Assembly (NCBI GenBank): GCA_963662265.2
Contig: CAXXHA010000036.1
Span: forward strand, 64,001-128,000
Origin: Spirochaetia bacterium
Lineage (GTDB): Bacteria > Spirochaetota > Spirochaetia > CADAEX01
Direction: 5' to 3'
Length of the DNA: 64,000 nt
Shown one piece after another: positions 47,956 through 57,201 of this stretch. Made by a program: the position numbers and the translations under genes. The notes under the pieces were generated by a model. It saw nothing but the letters and a program-made list of their open reading frames with translations. It ran no database searches and was not told the origin of the DNA. Each line of letters opens with the position of its first letter. Position 1 is the stretch's first letter.

Positions 47956-49389
47956 ATGAAACTGTTTTATATTTATTCAGCAGTTTTTATTTTTATCTCG
48001 CTTCCTGTTTATTGTGATAAAGCAGTTAAACCGGATTCTGAAAGGGCTGTTAAACTGTCTTTTAAAAAAATAATTAAACTGGACCTGGAAGAGGCTGTTT
48101 ATACAGGTCTTAAAAACAACAGGGATCTTCTTTTCAGGGGAAAAGAAAACAGACTGGCTGAAAAGAATTTATATCTTAAATACAGGGATTATTTTCCTGA
48201 ACTTATACTCTCGTATTCTGATTCAGCATCTGTTGTGTATTATAACCCGGATTCTCATATAAAAAAAATTGGCCTCTCCCTTACACAGGAAATTTATGAC
48301 AGGGGAAAGCGAAGATCTGCAATTGATCTCAGGAAAAAACAGCTCCAGCTGGAAAAATTGAAAATTGATGATTCTGAAGAGGATTTTACATTTCAGGTTA
48401 TTTCATCTTTCAAGGATATTCTGAAACTGGATATGGAAATATCTATTCTTGATGATACAAACCTGAATACATCACAACAGCTTGAGATAGGTCGCAGGGA
48501 AATGGAGCTGGGCGAGATTACTTCCTTAAACTATCTTGAAATGGAAATTGCCCATAGGAATATTGAGCTTCTCCTTGAAAGGAAAAATAATGAAAAGAAA
48601 AAAATGATATTTTCTTTTTCCAGGCTTCTAAGCCTGAAGTCAGATATAAAGCCTGAAATTACCGGATTAATAAACACAGATTACTGCGGATTCATCAAAG
48701 AGAATGATGATTTTTTTATTAAAACAGCAGCGGAGAAAAGTTCTAACTATAAAGAAAAATATCTTGAGCGTGAATCAGCATATCAGAATTATAAAATAAC
48801 GGAAAAGGAAAATATCCCGGATGTTAAGGCGGATTGCGGGTTTTCAATGTCGGGAGAAGAGTTTCCCCTTACCAGGCCGGGATTTGATATGTCAGTTACA
48901 TTTTCATTTGACAAGCCGGGACTTCCTTCGTCTTTCACAGCTGGAATAAACAAGGAAGAGTATGAAAGGTCCCGTACCCTGACTGCCCAAACAGGCCCTT
49001 TTTCAAATCTTGAAAATATCCACACAAGGGAAGCAGCACGACTCAATCTTGATAAAAAAGGCTGGGAGATAGAAGAGTTTAAGACTGTAAATGATTTTAA
49101 TATAAGGGAGCTGCTGCTTGATATTGATTCTCTTAAACGGGAACTCATTCTTGTCAGGGAGAAACTTGAACTGCAGGAAAAAAAGACAGAAATAGAAAAA
49201 CTTCAGCTTAAACTTGGTGAAATAAAACGGCTTGATTATATGGAAAGTACAATAGAGCTCTCGAAAGAAAGAATAAATATAATCAACAGCATTGCTTTGC
49301 TTTATCAGAAAGAAATATCGCTTCTAAGGTTGTGCGGAATAAAAAATATAGTTGCGACAGGTCCAAGTCTCATTATCAGGAAAAAGTAA
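47956..49389 (+). CDS. TolC-family outer membrane protein
   Basis: Signal peptide; LDLEEAV..GL.NN; YFPELIL; LSLTQEIYDRG; two LGEI...YLE/YME repeats. Confidence 0.88.
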   Translation: MKLFYIYSAVFIFISLPVYCDKAVKPDSERAVKLSFKKIIKLDLEEAVYTGLKNNRDLLFRGKENRLAEKNLYLKYRDYFPELILSYSDSASVVYYNPDSHIKKIGLSLTQEIYDRGKRRSAIDLRKKQLQLEKLKIDDSEEDFTFQVISSFKDILKLDMEISILDDTNLNTSQQLEIGRREMELGEITSLNYLEMEIAHRNIELLLERKNNEKKKMIFSFSRLLSLKSDIKPEITGLINTDYCGFIKENDDFFIKTAAEKSSNYKEKYLERESAYQNYKITEKENIPDVKADCGFSMSGEEFPLTRPGFDMSVTFSFDKPGLPSSFTAGINKEEYERSRTLTAQTGPFSNLENIHTREAARLNLDKKGWEIEEFKTVNDFNIRELLLDIDSLKRELILVREKLELQEKKTEIEKLQLKLGEIKRLDYMESTIELSKERINIINSIALLYQKEISLLRLCGIKNIVATGPSLIIRKK

Positions 49390-49417
49390 GACATTGAAAA
49401 AACAGATGGAGAATGTG

Positions 49418-50791
49418 ATGGATAATATAAAACATAATAGGGTAATTCAGGGAAAAATTGTTGTAACAATATTTATTATTATGAGCCTTATCACTATCTC
49501 CTCCTGTCGTGAAAAGGAGGATGAGGTTTTTAAAGTTTTTCCCTTATCTGTAAAAGCCGGAAAAGTTACAAGAAAAAAAATTGCACCTGAAATATCCTCG
49601 TTCGGAACAGTTCTTTATTATTCCAAGGCAGATGTTTATCCAACCACAGAGGGGTATATCGATACTGTTGAAGCTGCAGAGGGTGATGAAGTTTGTAAGG
49701 GGCAGCTGCTTGCACGCTTGAGACAGGAAAAGCTTTTCATAGAAAAAGAAAAAAGCGTTTCCGATGTTAATTCAAAAAAATCACTTTTAAGACTCTCGGA
49801 AGAGAAACTTTTAAGCGGAAAGAAAGAAGCAGAAAAAAAGATAATTTCAATAAACGGAGCACTGAAATCATTAAAACAGAAAAAACTTGAGCTTGAAAAT
49901 ATAAAGAGAATTTACCGCAACAAGCAGGCACTTTTTGATGCCGGAGGACTTTCCCGGGAGGAGCTCGAATCAGTAAAAATGAGTTATCTGAAAAGTGAAT
50001 ATGAATATGAAAAAAGTCTTAATGATCTTGAACTTATTAAAACCGGGTACAGGGAGTGCGATATACAGGAAAGAGGATATGAAGTTCCTGAAGATGAAAG
50101 AGAAAGAAACAGACTCCTTGTGAAAATAAATACATCTATTCTGGAGGCTGAAAAGGAGGTCGCAATATCGGAGCTTATGTCATCAGAAGCTGAACTGGAA
50201 AGAATAAACCTCCTTATCAAAGAGACGGAAATATGTTCTCCCATATCAGGCATTGTGGGAAAGAAAAACTTTGACATAGGGGAAAAGGTGAAACCTGATT
50301 CAAATATGTTTACAGTTTTCAGGAGCAGCAGAGTCTATGCAGTATTTGAAGCCGGAGAGAATCTTTCAACAGAAATTGAAAAAGGGATGAGGGCAATAGT
50401 TTCAGCAGGAGGGAAATCTGAAGCAGGGGAGGTGAGTATTATATCCCCTGTAATAAATCCCGGGACAAGGACCCGCGAAATTAAAATCATACTCGACAAC
50501 AGAAACGGAAGCTTTATTCCGGGAAGCTTTGCGCGCATTACTGTAAAAACAGGAAAAGAAAGAGACCGGCTTGTTGTTCCTGAAAGCGCGTTGCTTGAAA
50601 ATAAAGATGAATGTAAATCCGGTGTATTTATCTTAAGGGATAATGCTGCATTCAGAAAAGAGGTGAAAGTTCTTTATAAAACAGATGAGAGTGCTGTGCT
50701 TGCAGAAGGTGAACTTGAAGAGGGGGAACTTGTATGCCTTGACCCTCCTGTTTCTCTTTCTGACGGCCGGGAGGTGAGAATAATCCAATGA
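49418..50791 (+). CDS. RND periplasmic adaptor (MFP) with long coiled coil, lipoprotein
   Basis: ISSC lipobox; EGDEVCKGQLLA and ICSPISGIV lipoyl halves; SPVINPGTRT; FIPGSFARI; VPESAL. Confidence 0.92.
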   Translation: MDNIKHNRVIQGKIVVTIFIIMSLITISSCREKEDEVFKVFPLSVKAGKVTRKKIAPEISSFGTVLYYSKADVYPTTEGYIDTVEAAEGDEVCKGQLLARLRQEKLFIEKEKSVSDVNSKKSLLRLSEEKLLSGKKEAEKKIISINGALKSLKQKKLELENIKRIYRNKQALFDAGGLSREELESVKMSYLKSEYEYEKSLNDLELIKTGYRECDIQERGYEVPEDERERNRLLVKINTSILEAEKEVAISELMSSEAELERINLLIKETEICSPISGIVGKKNFDIGEKVKPDSNMFTVFRSSRVYAVFEAGENLSTEIEKGMRAIVSAGGKSEAGEVSIISPVINPGTRTREIKIILDNRNGSFIPGSFARITVKTGKERDRLVVPESALLENKDECKSGVFILRDNAAFRKEVKVLYKTDESAVLAEGELEEGELVCLDPPVSLSDGREVRIIQ

Positions 50792-52344
50792 AAGGTTTTT
50801 CTGTAAAATATAAAAAGCGCTGTAATTTATCATATGTAACAGTGACATCAGAAATTCCAATCAGCAGGTTTGCTTTATTTTTTTCTGAATTATCTTTTAA
50901 AAAATCATCCAGGCTGTATTCTTCAGTGTTTTTCCTGTTGTTCATCACATCATGTTCTCTTGTCGATTTTTCTCCGGGAGATGGTATCCGTACAAATCCT
51001 TCAAGGGAAAACCAGATTATTGGGGAAAATGAAGCAATATATGTTTCTTTTGATTTTGCTCCTGAGAAAACATCAGCAGAAAGTCTTTTTCTGGTAAATG
51101 ACTATAAAGGCAGAGTGTCTGGAAGTTTTTCATGGGAAGGAAGCAGGCTGCTTTTTACATCTGATGAAAAGATGATTAGGGGCAGAAGATATGTTCTTGA
51201 TTATTCAGGCTCTGTCTCAAAAAAAGATGGCGGGGAGGTGAAGAGTGAAATAGTAATTCCCTTTTTCTATATGACATCTTCATGCAGTGTTCCCTTACTT
51301 TCTTCCGTATCTCCGCCAGCCGGAAATCTCATCGGCCGTGATGAAGTACTTATATTTGCATTTTCTAAACAGATGGACTTTTCTTCTGTAGAGAAGGGGT
51401 TCAAAATCAGTCCCGATACTAAACACAATACTGAATGGAATGCTGATTTTTCTGAGCTTAAAGTTACTCCTGATGATGGGTGGAAGAATCTGACATCATA
51501 CACTTTCAGTTTTTCAGATGATATCTGCTGCTGTGATAACATTCCTCTTGAAGCAGAATACAGCTTTACATATTACTGCGACAGTTCCCACGTTAAACCG
51601 GAAGTCCTGGCTGTTTATACTGTGCTTGATAATATCTCTCTTTCGTGGCCGAGGATTTCCGATAATCTCAATACTCTGAAATACCGGGAAGGTCTTGAAG
51701 TCCTGTTTTCTGTTGAAATGGATAACGAGTCTGTTGAAAGAAGTTTATCTGTTACTCCCTGTACTCCTGGGAGAAAATTCTGGAAAGATGAAAAATCTCT
51801 GATATTTATCCCTGATAACGGGTGGCAGTGGAACGAAAATTATTCCCTGAAAATATCAGAGACAGCAGAGTCTGCAGATGATGTTGCAGCAGGCAGCGCT
51901 TATAAAGCAACTTTCAATCCTGATATAAATGAGCTTACCCTCTCATCCATCGGCGGAAAAGCTGCAGACGGATTTCCTGTAACCACCTGTTCTGAGAATT
52001 TATTTTTAAATATTGATACAGGTCCCGCTCCTCCCCATATATACAGTTTTACTTTCAATTTTTCTGAAAGCTTTATGACTGATACTGAAAAAGAAAAACT
52101 TCAGAGTAATATAAATATAACAGCTCTCTTTCCCCCCGATATATCAAGCCCGTTTCCTGTTTCATATACATGGATAGGAGACAATTCGCTGACAGTAAAG
52201 TATTCAGGTTTCACTGCTTATGACAGCGGAAATAATATTTATTATCACTATATGCTGACACTGAACGGGGGAGATTCCGGAATAAAAAATAACAGGGGAT
52301 GCTTTTTTCAAGAAGATGTTAAACAGGCCTTGAGGACGAAGTAG
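50788..52344 (+). CDS. Lipoprotein with tandem bacterial Ig-like (Big_5-type) domains
   Basis: ITSC lipobox; repeated F-S-x-x-M-D-x-x-S-V-E...G/W...P...W...Y units. Confidence 0.8.
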   Translation: MKGFSVKYKKRCNLSYVTVTSEIPISRFALFFSELSFKKSSRLYSSVFFLLFITSCSLVDFSPGDGIRTNPSRENQIIGENEAIYVSFDFAPEKTSAESLFLVNDYKGRVSGSFSWEGSRLLFTSDEKMIRGRRYVLDYSGSVSKKDGGEVKSEIVIPFFYMTSSCSVPLLSSVSPPAGNLIGRDEVLIFAFSKQMDFSSVEKGFKISPDTKHNTEWNADFSELKVTPDDGWKNLTSYTFSFSDDICCCDNIPLEAEYSFTYYCDSSHVKPEVLAVYTVLDNISLSWPRISDNLNTLKYREGLEVLFSVEMDNESVERSLSVTPCTPGRKFWKDEKSLIFIPDNGWQWNENYSLKISETAESADDVAAGSAYKATFNPDINELTLSSIGGKAADGFPVTTCSENLFLNIDTGPAPPHIYSFTFNFSESFMTDTEKEKLQSNINITALFPPDISSPFPVSYTWIGDNSLTVKYSGFTAYDSGNNIYYHYMLTLNGGDSGIKNNRGCFFQEDVKQALRTK

Positions 52345-52346
52345 TA

Positions 52347-53954
52347 ATGAAAAACTTAACCTCGGCAATCGATAAAAACTTTTCCGGAATTATTCATTAT
52401 AAACTCCAATCATCTGTAAAAATCAACACAAACGGATTTCTGCCGACAGTTAATTCCTCCAGCGCGGGATATATGTCTGTGAAATATAATCCCTGCGCCA
52501 GGTTTGATAATATAAAAAATGTTTGCAGATCTATTTTGATTTTATCATTGCTTGTGTTCTGTTTTGTATTTCTTTTTTCAGGGTGTAAGGCAATAGAAGA
52601 GTTTACCCATATGAAAGCTCTTGAAATAAGTTCGTTTTCACCCTCTTCATCAAGAGTAAACATCAGCTCACTGAATTTTGTAAAAATAACATTTTCTGAA
52701 GAGATGGATAAAAGCAGGACAGAACAGGCGTTTACTCTTAAAAACAATTCATCAGAAGTTAACGGAATATTTTCATGGAACGGGAATACCCTTTCCTTTA
52801 TCCCTTTTGCCGGATTTAAAATAAACTCGAATTATTCAATAGAAGTCTCTGTAACAGCTGAAGATATTTACGGCAATTCTCTTCCCGAAAAGTTTGTGTT
52901 CCCGTTTTCAACATCAGAGGAATCTGATATCCCGTACTTTATTTCATCTGTTCCCGCAGACCATGATGAGATATCGGATTCGGAACAGATTATAAATCTG
53001 GAGTTTTCTGAACCGCTGATGCCTGATTCTGTTTATTCATCCTTTTCAATCTTTCCCGATATAAAAGGACATCTCGCATTAGATAATGGAAAAACTAATA
53101 TTGTATTCACCCCTCTCGAAAAATATACACCAGGTTCTGATTATACAGTTACTGTATCAGATGAGCTTTCTGACTTATCAGGAAACAGGATCAGTTCCGG
53201 AAAGGAAATATTTTTCCGGGTTGCCGAAGAGGATAAGGCTATTCTCACCTGGTTTGGGAGCAGTGGAGGGACAGAGTTTCAGGACACAGCAATTATATGT
53301 GTCAATTCAGGACTTGAGAAAAATGAAAAGCTTAAGCTGGTATATGATTCTGCAGTTCCAGATAAAGTCAGGGAAACCCCTTTTTCCATATCACCTGATG
53401 TTGAATATACTTCCGAATGGAATACTTCATCCACCGAAGCTGTAATCACATTCAGGGAAAGCCTTAAATACAATGAAATATATGAAATTACTTTAGAAGA
53501 AAAAAAATACAGGCTTCTTGTTAACGGCTCCTCTTCAAAACCTCCTGTTTTAAACAGAATAGTATACTGCGAAGATTCCGAAGCTCCTGTTTTTGTGGAA
53601 CTTACACTGAATAAGGGAATTCCTTTCAAAACATCAGAAAATGCATTCTTTGACTTTTACTTCACACTTGCAGATACTGCCTGCCTGAATGACTCTGATA
53701 TATTCAGCTGCATAAGCTTCAGGACTGTAAATGGAGACCTTTCCGTAAACCCCTTAAGAGTTGAAAATCCTCAAAGCGGAAATCCGGCCCCTTCTCCGGA
53801 TCCTGTGGCAGGCGAGTATGTTTTCCGGATCGAGTGTTCTGTAACTGACGGTACTGAAGTGTCTCCTTTCAGGATTGAAATAAGTTCCGACTTCAGAGAC
53901 TCTCTTTCCAACAGGGTTGAAGAGGAAATCAGCATTCAGGTGACGTCATTATGA
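52347..53954 (+). CDS. Lipoprotein with tandem bacterial Ig-like (Big_5-type) domains
   Basis: FSGC lipobox; ITFSEEMD...FSWNGN.LSFIP...AEDIYGN and FSEPL...FTPLE...DLSGN. Confidence 0.85.
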   Translation: MKNLTSAIDKNFSGIIHYKLQSSVKINTNGFLPTVNSSSAGYMSVKYNPCARFDNIKNVCRSILILSLLVFCFVFLFSGCKAIEEFTHMKALEISSFSPSSSRVNISSLNFVKITFSEEMDKSRTEQAFTLKNNSSEVNGIFSWNGNTLSFIPFAGFKINSNYSIEVSVTAEDIYGNSLPEKFVFPFSTSEESDIPYFISSVPADHDEISDSEQIINLEFSEPLMPDSVYSSFSIFPDIKGHLALDNGKTNIVFTPLEKYTPGSDYTVTVSDELSDLSGNRISSGKEIFFRVAEEDKAILTWFGSSGGTEFQDTAIICVNSGLEKNEKLKLVYDSAVPDKVRETPFSISPDVEYTSEWNTSSTEAVITFRESLKYNEIYEITLEEKKYRLLVNGSSSKPPVLNRIVYCEDSEAPVFVELTLNKGIPFKTSENAFFDFYFTLADTACLNDSDIFSCISFRTVNGDLSVNPLRVENPQSGNPAPSPDPVAGEYVFRIECSVTDGTEVSPFRIEISSDFRDSLSNRVEEEISIQVTSL

Positions 53955-56900
53955 GTCTCTCAAAAATCTCTGCAAAACATCCAGTATCTGTATTGATGAT
54001 TTATACAGCTGTTGCTGTTACCGGTATAATCTCTTTTCTCAAACTGGAAATAAACATGTTTCCCGATATCAGCATACCTGCGGCATATATCATAACTGAA
54101 TGCGCTTCTCTTTCTGCAGAAGATATTGAAAAAATGATAACAGAACCTGTCGAAAATACCCTCTCTTCAGTAAGCGGGATAAAGGAAATATCCTCAGTTT
54201 CCAGGGAGGCGCTGAGTACTGTTAAACTCACTTTTTCCTGGGATGAAAACATGAAAACTGTTTCAGGAGAGATCAGGGAAAAGATTGATACCGTTTATCC
54301 TGTTCTCCCATTTGAATCAGAGAAACCGCTTCTTCTATTTTCCGACCTTTCTGAAAGAACTCTTGTTACGCTTGCTTTAGTTCCTTCTGAAGGACGTTCA
54401 GTAAGCGATATAAGCAGGATAGCGGAAACTGATCTTAAAAGCAGACTCATTTCAATTGAAGGAGTATCCGAAGTCCGTATTTCCGGCCTTGTCAGGGATG
54501 AGATAAAAATAGATGTCGATTACCCGTCATTAATTAATACCCGGCTTACCCTGGATGCTGTTATATCTGCTGTCTCTTCATCGGTTTTTTCCAGGCCTGC
54601 CGGCAAGATCTATAAAGGCAACAGGGAATACAGAATCAGGGCCGGTACAGATGTTGAAAATATTTCTGATATCGGAGAAATCCCTCTTTCCGGAAGAGAG
54701 GGGCTTAAAATATATGATATAGCTGAAGTATACACAGGTGAGAAGGAGAGAACCTCATATTTTCATTCAGACGGTAAAGACTGCATAGGTGTTGAGATAA
54801 TTAAAACCGGAAACAGCGGGCTTATAAATACTGCACAGAGGGTGAGGGATGAGCTTGAAGGGATAAAGGGTGTTTTCAGGAATGACTTCTCTGTTACCGT
54901 GATTGATGATTCTTCAGTCGAGCTTGAAAATACCCTGAAATCACTTATCTTTGCAATTCTGGCAGGCACTGTATCTGCCGCGACTGTTCTCACTCTTTTC
55001 TTTCGGAATTTTAAAACTTTGCTGACCGTTATAGTATCCCTTCCTGTTTCTCTTGCCATGGTTTTTATCTATATGTACTTTTCCGGGATCTCGTTAAACC
55101 TGATTTCCATGACAGGTCTTATAATAGGTACTGGAATGGTTTTTGACAACACAATTGTCGTTCTCGATAAACTGATTGCTGAGAGACCGAAAGACGGAGA
55201 GAGTGCTGGAATAACAGCATCAAAAACTTTTCTTCCTGTCACAGGTTCAACACTTACAACTGTACTGATCTTTCTGCCGCTTGTTTTTATACCGGGGATA
55301 TCGGGGAAACTGTTTAAAGACCTTGCTTTCACAGTTATTGCTTTTGTATCAGCAAGCGCAATAGTCTCAGAGACTGTTCCTCCGGCATTTTATATGCTTC
55401 CTGGAAAGGGTGATTATGATGCAGCTTCAATTTTGGTTTTAAAGCTTAAATCTGTTTATAAAAAATATCTTTCATTAAAAAGAATCAGAACAGGTTTCCT
55501 ATTATTTATATTTTTATCACCCCTTTCTCTGTTGATTGTCATTGATAAGGAAATTGTTCCTCCCGGGTACGGTAAAAAAGTGAGTTTGTTTGCAGAATAT
55601 CTTCCCGGATATTCCTCTGAATACTATTCTGATAAATCACTTTTGATAGAGAAGATGCTCCTTGAAAATGGAATTGCAGGAAAAGTTCATGTGAGGGGAG
55701 GTGTTAACAGGAACTCTCCCGGGGACATAAAAAGCGGGAATGCTGATATAAATACAGCTTATTTTACAATTACAGGGAAAAGCAGTTACAGGGGGAACAG
55801 CAGGAAATATGAAGCATATATAGAAAACTCTGTTTCAGAATTAATGGATTTATATTCTCTGAAAAGAGTTGAAGCCAGAAGTGATGACAGCTTTCTTGAC
55901 AGTATAACAGGCAGCAGCAAATCACTGAAATGTATCCTGCTGCTTTCCGATAGAAAAAAAGCAGATTCTCTGTTATCTGAACTTGGAAATGAATTAACAG
56001 AAAATAAGTGTTTAAAGAGTGTCAGCGGCAATTATGAAAAAGATAATCCGGAATACACTCTTCTCTTTAATAAGGAGGGATTTGCCGCATCTTCATTAAC
56101 TCCATTTGATACTGGGAAAATTCTTTACAGTTCAGTGAAAGGGGTAAAAGCAGCATCTCTTGATACAGGCAGGACAGGTGATACAGATATTCTTGTAAGG
56201 TATAAAAATAAATATACTGATTCAGCTGAAAAAATATCCTCTTTAAGAATTAATGCGAAAGAGGGGATATTTGACCCGTCATCTTTTACTGAAATCGAAT
56301 TCAATAAGAATTTCAGGACCCTGACCCGTATGAACAGAAAGAGCTGCTTTTACCTTAATATTGTCCCCTTTCCCGGGATGCATGATAAAGCGCTTTCTCT
56401 TCTTCTTAAATACAGGGACAGGGGACTTGAAATCTTATCTGTGAAAGAAATGGAAGAAAACAAGAGCCAGATAATACTCTTATTTCTATCCGCCCTTGTT
56501 CTTATCTACTTTTTCCTCGGTGCCCAGTTTGAGTCATTTCTCATACCGCTTTTTCTGATGTTTTCAATACCTCTTTCTGTGTCCGGAAGTTTTGTTATGC
56601 TTTTCCTTACCAGTCAGAGCCTTAATATAAGTTCATTTCTCGGAATACTTATTCTGACAGGAACCACAGTAAATACTGCAATAATGATTTTTGCAGGCAG
56701 AAAGAACAGGGAGTTTTCTCCTGCAGGAAACTCTGAAAAACTAATAATTTTTCAGAATCAAAAAACTCTTTCCCTATGCGATAGACAATCACGTTGCCTA
56801 CCTTCAGCAGGTGCCCGGGATGAGTCCCTTCCGCAGGTATATGGAAGTTCTCTTAAAACATCTGCTGAAAAAAGGCTTGTCCCCGCGTCAGCTGCAATCT

Positions 56901-57181
56901 TTACAACAGTCGCAGCCCTTGTTCCCTCTGCATTACAGATAAACAGCCCCCTTCAGTCATCTTCCGCTGCTGTTTTAATAGGCGGCCTTTTATCAGGAGG
57001 TGTTTCAGTGCTTATAATTTACCCGTTTCTGTTTGAAGAAAAAAATGAACCTGTAAAAATAAAAAACAGTCCGGATGTTATCCTGTCAGAACCAGGGACA
57101 AATATAAAAATGCCGACAGAGAAACCCGGCGGCAGAGTTGAAACAGTGTCAGATCTTTATGATGAAGACAGTGAACATTGA
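53951..57181 (+). CDS. Divergent RND transporter permease subunit
   Basis: KHPVSVLM, MFPDISIP, ITEPVE, GMVFDNTIVV and LGAQFESF; atypical TM10/TM11. Confidence 0.88.
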   Translation: MSLSKISAKHPVSVLMIYTAVAVTGIISFLKLEINMFPDISIPAAYIITECASLSAEDIEKMITEPVENTLSSVSGIKEISSVSREALSTVKLTFSWDENMKTVSGEIREKIDTVYPVLPFESEKPLLLFSDLSERTLVTLALVPSEGRSVSDISRIAETDLKSRLISIEGVSEVRISGLVRDEIKIDVDYPSLINTRLTLDAVISAVSSSVFSRPAGKIYKGNREYRIRAGTDVENISDIGEIPLSGREGLKIYDIAEVYTGEKERTSYFHSDGKDCIGVEIIKTGNSGLINTAQRVRDELEGIKGVFRNDFSVTVIDDSSVELENTLKSLIFAILAGTVSAATVLTLFFRNFKTLLTVIVSLPVSLAMVFIYMYFSGISLNLISMTGLIIGTGMVFDNTIVVLDKLIAERPKDGESAGITASKTFLPVTGSTLTTVLIFLPLVFIPGISGKLFKDLAFTVIAFVSASAIVSETVPPAFYMLPGKGDYDAASILVLKLKSVYKKYLSLKRIRTGFLLFIFLSPLSLLIVIDKEIVPPGYGKKVSLFAEYLPGYSSEYYSDKSLLIEKMLLENGIAGKVHVRGGVNRNSPGDIKSGNADINTAYFTITGKSSYRGNSRKYEAYIENSVSELMDLYSLKRVEARSDDSFLDSITGSSKSLKCILLLSDRKKADSLLSELGNELTENKCLKSVSGNYEKDNPEYTLLFNKEGFAASSLTPFDTGKILYSSVKGVKAASLDTGRTGDTDILVRYKNKYTDSAEKISSLRINAKEGIFDPSSFTEIEFNKNFRTLTRMNRKSCFYLNIVPFPGMHDKALSLLLKYRDRGLEILSVKEMEENKSQIILLFLSALVLIYFFLGAQFESFLIPLFLMFSIPLSVSGSFVMLFLTSQSLNISSFLGILILTGTTVNTAIMIFAGRKNREFSPAGNSEKLIIFQNQKTLSLCDRQSRCLPSAGARDESLPQVYGSSLKTSAEKRLVPASAAIFTTVAALVPSALQINSPLQSSSAAVLIGGLLSGGVSVLIIYPFLFEEKNEPVKIKNSPDVILSEPGTNIKMPTEKPGGRVETVSDLYDEDSEH

Positions 57182-57201
57182 AATAATCAGGTGAGTGAAA
57201 A